A stretch of DNA of 64,000 nucleotides from Polymyxa betae A26-41 (Eukaryota > Protista > Endomyxa: Phytomyxea): assembly GCA_003693705.1 (NCBI GenBank), contig RBZT01000125.1:124001-188000 (forward strand), written 5' to 3'. Of the stretch, positions 53,821-64,000 are shown piece after piece. Each line of letters starts with the position of its first letter. The first letter of the stretch is position 1. A program made the position numbers and the translations under genes. The notes under the pieces are model-generated. The model saw nothing but the letters and a program-made list of their open reading frames with translations. It ran no database searches and was not told the origin of the DNA.

Positions 53821-55460
53821 ATGGCGACTCTGCCCGACTGCAGCATCTGCTGCGAGCCGCTGGCTAGCAATCTGGGCTCGCTGAAATGCGGTCACGTATT
53901 CCATTCGGAATGGTATTTGGGAGCTTCCCGCGTCGAGTTTGCTGTGTTTGATACTGTACCAGCATCCTGCAATGGCTAGCAGAGAGATCAGTATGTCCAC
54001 TATGCAAGCAAACGGTTCACAGAAGCCATATCCGAAATCTGTTCTACACCGCTGCTTCGGGACCAGGATCGATCTTGAAAAGCTCGCAGCCGATTTCGGA
54101 TTCTTTCGGTGATGGCAGCAGTGATGATGCTGCAACGAAAAAGCTGAAGGCTGATATTGTACGTTTTTCATCGTTTGAGCTCGATGTGGTAATTTTTTTG
54201 CTGTTAGAGTGAATATCGATCGAAGCTGTCGGAATGCAAGCAGCTGCTCAATGAGAAAGACAAAGAAATTTTGGAACTGAATGGCAAGGCTCGAGTTCTG
54301 CAACTTGATCAAAACAGACATATCGCCGATATTCATAGTTTTAAAATAAAAATCGAATCGGTAATGTGCCTTAAGAATTTTTCAAAACTATTCATCATCG
54401 AATACAGTTAAAAATGGAAAAGCAAGATCTGGTCGATCAATATGAGGGTCGCATAAACAAACTAGAGCGAAAGCTCACAGAACTCAAAACCGATGAAGCA
54501 ATCAAGGTTCTTTCTCCATTGGCTAAGCTGTTTCAATAAGGCTTGACGTCTTTCAGAAAGCAGTGGAAGAACAAAACAAGAATGGTACATGCGATATTGC
54601 TGCAATTAAAAGGCGATGTAAAGCGATGTCCACCGATACCAAGATTAAGTTTCTTTTCCAGCAGCTAGAGTATACGAACGACCTTTGCTCACAGTATGAA
54701 AACATGAAATGCTAATCAGTGCTAACTGTATACTTCCTTCAGATTACAACAACGGGTGAAGTCTCAAGAGAAGGACCTCCAGAAGAGTCGGACCCAAAGT
54801 ACTTTGTTTTAAAAGCAGAGCTGAGCCAAATCCATCTTCTAACATCTCTTCGCTCTGTTCAGTTTCCACGTTGCAAGCTCTGGATCAGCAGCGTCGTTGC
54901 AAAATCAAACATAATCTCTCAAAAAGGCCTAGACCAAGCATTGAAAGCCCTGAAGTCATTAGTTTGGATGACTCTGCCGTTGAGGAAACCGACGCCGATG
55001 AAAATTTCGACCATGATACAGCTCTGGCTTTCAATTCAAACACCGGCAGAACGCTTCCCAAAGCGATGACAAATACGACTTCATTGTAAACCATCGTGGT
55101 TGTTCCTCTGAGATTTGCTTATGTGATGACTTCAGGCAAATATCTACTGGAAGCAGTCATAACTTGGTTTCGGTGTCATTGACGAAACCTAATCCTGTGA
55201 AAAAGCCACTCACAACGAGTATTGCTGGCTTGTCATACCTGTCGGGATTAGTTCTGTCATTTTTCACTGTTCTGATGTCCAGGCTTAGGACTACAAATCG
55301 TCCGGATAGAGGATCTACAGGCACCGGAGGCACATCGTCTACTTTTTCCAAAGTGTCTTCAATAATGAAAGATAGATTCCGTTCGAGCACAGCGGTGAGC
55401 TCGACAGCAACGTCGCAAGACATTCGAGCTCACTTCAAACGAAAGCAGCCTGGAATGTAA
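53821..55460 (+). CDS. TRAIP: RING-H2 + coiled-coil E3 ligase, TRAIP-like, multi-exon
   Basis: MATLPDCSICCEPLASNLGSLKCGHVFHSE|CILQWLAERSVCPLCK at the extreme N-terminus, then a coiled coil, GSTGTGG and a C-terminal PIP-like QDIRAHF. Confidence 0.75.
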
Positions 55461-55899
55461 TGTACTAAGAAGTACATGTTGTAATCTTGATTAACTTTAA
55501 ACACATTGCACGTTCTAGGCAACATTTGCATCACACTTGGACTGGTAACATTCACTACACCATCCGTAAAATTGTACTAAAAGATCGTCTTCCATTGACA
55601 TGGCTACAATCTTGGACATCCACGCATCATCGACGATATTCAGGGTGCATTTATGACATTGAAAAAAGTGCTAAATAACGATGGGCGGATCTCATATGCT
55701 GTTGTAAAATGTGCTTTCTGGTCACTCCTTTCAGGCATATCGGACAGCGATGCAATTTTACTCCTGTCGAATAATTCAGGAGCGTAAGGTAAAACAATGA
55801 ACTTCTGAACCTGAATGTGTCTGAAAGTGTCTTTCTACAATGAGCTACAACATAAATGGCAGAAAAAGGGCGTTACTCCTGAATGGATATTCTGGAAGT

Positions 55900-58402
55900 C
55901 TAAGAGTTAGGTTATTTCTGATTATGATTTTACACAACTCTGTTCATTAAAGTTACGGACCGCAATAGATGCATATGGCAGCGTTTTTTGAATGGATCTG
56001 CTGTTGCAGCATTTGCAAGCTAGAAAGCGGTTTATTCTGCCTTGATTGGCTATTAAGATTTTCTAATAGCCAACCCTTTTGAAGACAACTGTAATCCCCA
56101 TTTAACCTAACGGGTTCCGGGCAGATAATTGAGATTCACGGAAATGATTGCGTCGAGCAGTGCTGCGTTGTGATGTGAGCAATGAGTTCCAGCGCGAACA
56201 AACGCTATGGCCGCAGATATAGTGAAATATCTCTGAACAAGAGAATTGGCGCCATTGCAAAGCAAAGAGGAATAACCATGAAGGTTCAGAATGGAGCATA
56301 TGAACGGAAGTGTCTCTGCAGATACAGTAGGTTTAGGCTTGTAGAGGGATTGGGCGGGACCGCCATGCCATTGGTTAGGTTCCGGTCGCTTCGAGTGTAC
56401 ATATATCATTCAGCGCTTTGACATCATTTGTTGTCAGGCAAATGCAAAAGCAAGCGATTTTTGTTAATATTATTAAACAAATATGCCATTTCCATAGCTT
56501 AAATAAGTGCATGATACAAGATCGTCACCTGTTTGCGAAAGCGATCGGAGAAAATACTTGTGAGAATGATGTCTCATGGGACTCATTGACGACAGTTGTG
56601 GAGTCATTGGAAGGGAAAGGATTGTGCAATGGAATAAGCCGTTGCGTTGATCGGACACGAATACTTTGAAGCTCTTCGTCTTTCAGTTTCAGCTCGTTTC
56701 GCATTCGATCAAGCTCGACAACAAGCCTAGTCAAATCAACTACAGTGATAAGAGATTTAGTCAATCTGCGCTTACTCTGAATTCTGTCTCCTGAGCTGAT
56801 TACATTCGTCCATGCAAAGCTCTAGCAGTGTCGATTTCGAATCATCATTATCGGTTTTTTCTAAGCCTGTGGCCGGGTATGACTGCTTCAGATGTCAGCT
56901 ATGCAGACCATCGTTGAGGTCTGAGCAGACCTGAGATAATTTTTTCGCCGTCTCCAGTTCAGTCTGCAACATATCGCATAGCTTTTCTGATTCTTTCTCT
57001 CGCTCCTCCATCTCCGCCAATTGCGCCCGAAGCTGACAAATTGTCGCTCTCTTCGTACAATATCAATTGACCCAAACAAACTGAAGCAGCAACGCTTACC
57101 TCTGAAGACAACTGAGCCTCGGTATCAAGAAGCTTCGTTTGCAGAGCATCCGGATGTACAGTGCCCGAGATCGTATCCGCAAAGGTGGACGTTGAAGCAT
57201 CTTTGTAAGCAACAACCCTTTGGGGCTGTGGGTTAACGACCCCCGATAGATTTGTAGGAGTCGAAGACCGGGCAGGCTCAGCAGCGGCCATCGCTGATAT
57301 AGCATCTGATTTGAGGTTGGGACCCTGATGGACACGATCGCCACCAGCTTGTCTCCGTTTGCAATCGATTTCCGAAAGCTGGGTGAGCAATTCGTCGATC
57401 TCTTCACGAGAAGAAATCAGTTCTGCATTGCACTTTTCATATTTACTGTTTGCCTATACACCGATTAAATGCAACCTTCATGTCAATATACTGAAACACA
57501 AGGTACCTCTTCAAAAACGCGTTTCATTGTCTCGATCCTTTTTTGCTGATCATGGCATTTAGTTTTCTCTGCATCATAGGCCCGTTTTAGGCTTAATAAT
57601 GCGTCCCGAAGTTTGGAACAATGTGAGGTTAGGATGTCTAACTTTTTCTTATCTTCGGCTTTGCTACGACCGTCCTTAGAGAATTGAGCCTCGTGAAGCT
57701 CTTGTAGCTGACGTAGGCATCTGTCCTTCCCTGTGATCAACCATGAAAAAATAATTTATAATTAAAACGAACAAACGACGATACCTTTGTAAAGAACAGT
57801 TATTTCTTCCAGTTCTTGCTGTACACGTTTTAGTTCTCGAGTTTTAGCATCTCTGTCTGCCTCTATGCTGATCTTCTCTAGCCTATGATGGGCGATAGCT
57901 TCGTGATATCTTTGTTCACAATTGTTTAGTTCATCTTGAAGTCGTCGTAACTCCTGCTCCAGCATGATCGTACGTTTGGCTGTTTTCGATTGAAAAATTA
58001 ACGGTGAATGAATCGATTCAACGTACAGGCATCGTCGCAACGACTCAACATCGTTGGGACTTTCTGTTGCTGCTGAAGTGAGCTGTTATCAGACTTTAAT
58101 CGCGCGTTTTCTTGTTCAAGATCAAGAACAAATTTCCTCAAATGATCTATTTGGAAGGTAGAATTACTCAGTTCAGCGCGAGCGCATGATAAAGACGATC
58201 TCAGCGATTCGTCGGACGTGGACGCAGAGATATGGGGCGCTATTGATGAGACAGTCCCAGAAACATCACGATCTGTCGGAACAGGAAGAATGGGGCTTTG
58301 ATGCTCAAAAGGCAGCGTGCCTTGGACGAACGGGGTCCACACTCGGGATGGTGTCTCGCCTGGAACTGCTGCACGGGGCGGTGTCGACGACACTATCGGC
58401 AT
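55900..58402 (-). CDS. Long coiled-coil protein, multi-exon; both ends approximate
   Basis: Successive heptad-rich exons (LEQENARLKSDN, LEQELRRLQDEL, LDRMRNELKLKDEEL) flanked by GT-AG sites; family not identified. Confidence 0.6.
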
Positions 58403-58637
58403 CCTCCATGATATATGTCCTGTATCGGCAGGCATCAATGGAAGCCGATGCCTCTATCAGCAGAGAAGATAGCAGATGATGGGAAATAGAGACAGCCAGC
58501 TGATGACGTTCTAAGGGCTGGTAACGTAAGCCCATCTCGAAAATCGCGCAAACTCCATTCGAAAGCCCAATACGCTTCTCACAAAACAGGGAACCATTTT
58601 GGCTACATGTTGACATCGTAAATCGCTCCTTGGCGGA

Positions 58638-60330
58638 TCAGTTCATTCTGTTTCTAATCCTGGACATTAACTGTGTCACTTTTGAAATAATTTGCTCAAT
58701 GTCGATTGTCGTATAGTCGCCATTTTGGTCCTCCCGATAATCCAGCGGGTACCGATTGTTGACATATTGGTCATAGCTAACGCCGACTTGAACAGCAATA
58801 TTTCTGAAACATCTCCATCCCCTTCAAAAGCGGTCAGCCATAATGCAACGTAATGTACTTCCGCAGACTGACATATCTGGCGCTGGCATGATTTCGAGTA
58901 AGCCTCCATTTTTAGGAAGCCAAAATGCATGCAGCAACCCGGCACCATGCATTCCGATGAGTACATCAGAAGAGGCAACCGCTTTAAGCTGCTCTTGAAG
59001 CGAAACCTTCGAAAAATCGATGACGGTTAGATTGCATTGTGGAAGCGCTTGTAGAGCAGCAATGACTTCTTGTTCATTCTCGATCTGACGCCCGACGAAT
59101 TTATGTTTAAAAGACCCAATTTCATAGGGTTTTCTGATAACTAAAAGCAGATTGAGTGCAGTTCCAAAGATCACATTCCTTCGGGTGATCCCGAATGAAG
59201 CCAGAAAATGCTGCGAAAAGGCATTCATCAAGCCCACCCCAACTGCGCCTGTGTCGCATGATAAACCTCCTGCGTTGCTTTTGTAAAGAAATGAGCTATA
59301 TCCTGGTGGAACAAAGACAGCTTTCTTGAAAACCAGCGGGTTTTTGAATTTGGAAACCCTAGAAACTGGTTGTTTTCGACTGAACACAGTATCCCAGACA
59401 ATGTCTAAGTTAGAAGTGGCATGATCGTCCAAGAACATTACTGATATTTCATCAAGTGGTAGATCCTACAGAGAGCTGATTAATAACATAAAGGGACAAT
59501 GAGTTTTGAAGATTACTAATAAAGCAATGACCACGAAGGCGTTGAGCCAATCGGTTGCTGCGTGAAAGAGATTAAAATGCTCTCCTCTTTCTCTAGTCAC
59601 AAGTAAGGTGATCCCATCCACAACGGAGAGGTTCTGAGACTGATTTGGGTTTAGCTGACAATCGATGCTGTCGGCGATGTCCCTGAGATGATCCCTCGGG
59701 AATTTCTCTATTGAAAAAGCCATTTCTTTCATGCATGCTTGATCAAACAAGAACGCCCCTCTCGCATAATGATAGAAAGTTGGAGGGAGCTCGCATTGAT
59801 ATCCCGGACGAAACAGAGGGCAAGCCGCAGGAGTCAGCTTTTTGGGATCGAGCACCAAACCAGAAGCGTTGCATATCCTATCTGAGCTAAGTTTGAGTAT
59901 CTTGCGTAGAAACAGGAATGAATTACGTATGCGGTTGTGTCGAGATAGGCTGATCCTCAAGATTTGTCACCCGGCATTGCAGCAGTGCTTCATTTCTTCC
60001 ATTCAGAGCTGATACAAAGGTTTTTGAGGTTTTATCCCAGTTTCGAAGGGCAGTCATTCCAGTTTTCAATTCGCATGACGATGCGCTGACCGTATTTCCG
60101 AGCCCAATATAATCATAGATCTGCTGGATTGTGACAGAGTTTTGGTTATGGAATGCACTCCTGCTGCGTATCATGCTGGGATTCCTTTTGACAGGAGCAA
60201 TGGCGAGATTCCAAGAAAGGCTTGATATTTCCGAGTCATAAGCAATCCAAACGATAATAAGCATCTGAAGCACGATAAAAGCTAACGCAACTGCAAGCAA
60301 AGCGCGTCTCCTTGCGACGACATTCAGCAT
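58638..60330 (-). CDS. Glycosyltransferase family 61 (EOGT/POMGNT2-like), type II membrane protein
   Basis: N-terminal TM helix, NLFHAATDWLN, RQIENEQEV, QEQLKAVASSDVLIGMHGAGLLHAFWLP. Confidence 0.88.
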
Positions 60331-60518
60331 CTTATGTTGGCCATCCACAGGCCCACAGCAAACGATTGATAGACAATAAGGCTCTGTATCGTGATGACGT
60401 TACATTGACAGGTTCCATTTATTATGGATTAGGATCGGCTCTTTTCCTTTAGACAATTACAGCCAACTAGATGCATGATTTCATGCTGCAATAGGAAATC
60501 AAGGTAATAGCTGCAATT

Positions 60519-63500
60519 TTAATCGAAATCGATGATTCTCGTTTTCTCCATAAACACGATTCCTTTTTCGGCACAGGAGGCGAGGATGGGTTTGTAGATT
60601 TCGGGTGTGACCGGCTTCAGAACGCCCCGGCTAGATATAGCACCATCTAGAATTAAACTTGCTGCCACAGCTACTGGGATTCCAACCGTTTGTGCCTAGA
60701 AGGGATCACATTCAAACAAACATAAGGAGCTGATCTTCGATGTACCATAGCCGAATAGCCCGCATTTGAACCATACATTGTTAAGGTTGAAGCAATATCC
60801 TCAACACGTTTCTTGTCTTCGAATGAGACTTTAAAACGATGCCTTAAGATAACCATATCCTTCTCTCCAGTCTGGTATTTCAGCTTCTATGCAAATATTG
60901 ACACATAGAATGAGAGGCACGAAGAATTCATACGTCTTCGAGTAAGCCACAAAATGCATCTATAATCGATTTTGAGGATTTCTTGATCTCAGCAGACTCG
61001 TCGAGCATCCCCATCCAACGCATTGTACTAAGCACACGGTCTGCTTTACCATGACCGAGCTTGTCTCCGATTGCAGACTGCACAAGGCTTTTTAATGTTG
61101 AGCGTCAAGCAGCAAAACATCTTAACACCTCAACGTCGTCGGAATTCAAGTACTTGCAGAGGAATGGCAACCAGTGTCCCTGAACGTCTCCTCGATTAGT
61201 AGTATTCAAAAACCCGAGCTGTTTGAATGCGTCTAGAAGTGCAGAGTAACCTGCATAGCGAATGGTACCTCCTGAGAAGGCGATTATGAACGTTTCAACT
61301 TTCTAGAAACCCTGATTACGATAGAAAGTCGATGCGGTTTCCTGCAAGCCATATTCGGCAGCATATGGTAAAGAGTTGCGATTGGGGTAATGTTCCAGAT
61401 TTAGAGCTGGAGTTAAAGATAATTGTTGCGCAGAAGAAAGCAGAGCATTGCCTTCAACTTTGACGATCTGGAAACCATCAGAAGCAATCCTTGTTACCGG
61501 ACATTAGACCAGCATACCTTCCCATCTTTCTTAAATACTGCCTCATTTAGAGCAGCTAATAAAGCCCCACGAGGAGACCAGCTGAATTTATAACCGAAAG
61601 GATTATCTGCCGCTTCAGGAGAAGGAAGTCCTAGGAAATAATTCAATCAAATTTAGATAAAGAATGCTAAGTTGCAAACCTCCGCAGAAAGATTCGAAAG
61701 AAACGACTCTCCCTGATCGATTCTTGACTTCTTCAATGGTTTGCATGGCACTCATATGATCTAGGCCAGGATCCAATCCTGCAGATCGCTTTCAGTTTGT
61801 GAACATTTCTACATATCAGTGCAACAAACCGCATTCGTTCAGGAGAATAATGCCTAAATCCATATCAGCAATCAAGCCAACGTCAAGGAACAGCAAAAAC
61901 CTTGATCCTTTGCTGCTGCATCAAGGTCAGTCATTTCTGGAGAAGCGTAGCTTGCCGTTAGTAGATTAACTTTTGACGATAAACACGACCTAGCAACTGG
62001 TACATGGAGTCCAGCTGGAAGCAGACTGATCACCAGAGAGGATTCCTTGATGAGTTTCTCTATACTACCTGTTTGACATTATAACTTTATCTGGCCCCTT
62101 GCAATAAGGTTATCGTACTGATGTCTCTGCCGTCTATCTGAACGATGTCGACATTGCCTCCTGCCTTTTGAACCAGCGACCTAGCTTGATTTTCATCATC
62201 GCTAGCAACCATCAATGAAACATCAGTTCTGGCACTCAGCAATTCTACAACAGGACCGGCAACAAATCTATATCAAATTTTAGGCGTTTCTGGTTCTGAA
62301 AGACGAATACAATAACCCCGATCCTAATAACAGAACACGATTCTTTCTCGATGGTGCGGGTTGGTGCGATTTCGGCATCGAAGTTGCTCCAGATAATGAT
62401 CGATATGATAAGATGTTTGCGATACCTTCAGCTGCTTTCGTAGATGTAACCAAATGAGTTATATCATTTGTGATTGCCTAAGTTATCATCAGTTAAAGGA
62501 AAATCGAAATTGTTTGTTACATTTAATTCGACGTCAGAGCCCGCCACGATGTCGATTACTGCATGACTCTTTCGTTTATTTCGCGGAAGATTCACTTCCA
62601 CGTTCAAATGCTGAAGCGTGAAGTGACCACCCTTCGCTTCAATAGTGTCCAGAACTTTGTTTATCAGCCCGGTGTCGAAAAGATGGCCATCGATTGTCAT
62701 TGTCGCAGCATGGTTTCCATCAACTGCTGGTGTCGATCTCTGCGAGCACAAAGTTTTAATGGTCACAGTCGTCTTCATGTTGAATTAACCTTCATCGAGC
62801 CCCTCAAACTGGTGATGTACTCAAAATCAGGGCGAAGCTTCCCATTGGAGGCGATGCAGGCTTGTAGAATCGGCTTTGGCAGAGATTCTGGGAACGGATC
62901 CGATGCGTTAAACCTTGAGAGTTCTTCAGCGAATCCAACCAATGCCTACATGATTTGAAAACAACCGGTACAGAATCTGAGGCAGTTTTAGTACCTGGCT
63001 GAAATGTTGAGAAGACTCACGAGGCAGTTCTGCAGGCAGATTGTCTACAGCAAGAACTGTGATGCCCTTCTCTGATACACCGTCTTCAGCAGAATTATAG
63101 GCAGGATTAAAGGTAAAAAACGGGGACGCTATATTTGTGCTTCGAGATAGAAACTGAATGGAACCTGTTTTAAATTCAGAAAATCGGTTTAATGCCAATA
63201 GCACTGGCGAACCGTTGATGTCGCACGATATGTCTCCTATTGCATAGAGATTTGGTAGCGTTTTAGATTGTTCTGTGGTCAAGATCCTTGGAAAACGATG
63301 ATCCCAATAAACCCCGTTAACAATGACCTAAATCGTAAATGAATCTCGGCGAGAGGCTTCAGCGAACTGTACGTTGGTATAAGGAAGCAGCGTCTTATGA
63401 AGGACTGGCTCATACTGATCAGGACAAGCATAATAATGCTCTCGGGAGAATGTCCTTCCACTCTCTAATGGTTTCACCAAATCTGCTGTTCTCACCTGAA

Positions 63501-64000
63501 TTCACAAACTCAAAATTCTTTTCGCCAATAGAGAAATCTTTAGGATTACCTGAACCCCATACACTTTGCTGTGGGTTGTCGAATTGGCATTTTGCTCTTT
63601 TTTTAGCTCGATGGCATCATCAACAGACAGCATCTCGTGTGGGAGTAGATTAAAGATCTCCAAAGCTCCCTTTGTGACATTTCCACTTCCAGTAAACGCA
63701 AACAGCAGCGGAGATAGCCGGTCTGGCAGCCCGATCCTCCTAATCTCTTTCCCGACTCTCTCCAAGTTCTCCATGGCGTCACCTAAGGAGGCCTGCATAT
63801 AGGATGAAGGAACTGCCACAAATGGGGTGCTAAATCCCATCGACAGAAACTTTTCTCCAAGTCCTCGCAACAGGTCTATCATCCCAGCATTTCCTGCATA
63901 ACGCCCTGTGGAATTTTGTGTATCGGTCCATCCCAATTTTGTTAAACCGGACGGCACATACCAAAGGCGACGAGCCGGCCTTGACGATTCCGGATGCATT
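60519..64000 (-). CDS. AASS: Bifunctional lysine-ketoglutarate reductase/saccharopine dehydrogenase; 5' end lies outside the window
   Basis: [83 protein letters not shown]. Confidence 0.95.

Noticed and set aside
53797-54336. 179-aa minus-strand ORF
   Set aside because: It is antisense to the RING exons of the TRAIP-like gene and has no recognisable features.

Overview
This is gene-dense eukaryotic nuclear DNA: about 40 protein genes in 64 kb, roughly mid-40s % GC by eye, many ~45-65 nt spliceosomal introns, and intergenic gaps often under 150 bp. Short introns, flagellar genes (SPATA4-like, dynein light chain), a secreted Pro-rich orphan and TTTTAGGG-like motifs suggest a compact zoosporic protist, possibly a plasmodiophorid such as Spongospora or Polymyxa; this is inference, not verified. 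Most genes are housekeeping (zDHHC, MPST, MCM2, WDR83, Rab6, HSC20, MO25, UTP11, CSL4, PTEN, CSTF1, TRAIP, LKR/SDH). Manual splicing recovered genes that the ORF track misses or fragments. The most unusual items are: an ABCC-type TMD0 membrane domain fused to three PX domains with no ABC core; an Aurora-like kinase with a ~200-aa acidic insert in its C-lobe; an intron-containing bacterial-type TsaE; a 140-aa LOTUS + CCCH/CCHC protein; a stand-alone 92-aa PB1-like protein; a PCMT carrying an Sld2/RECQL4-N-like tail; and two recurring candidate promoter motifs (ACGTTACA and the telo-box). I recognised no rRNA, tRNA, CRISPR array or intact transposon. All family calls come from recognising motifs by eye; no searches were run.
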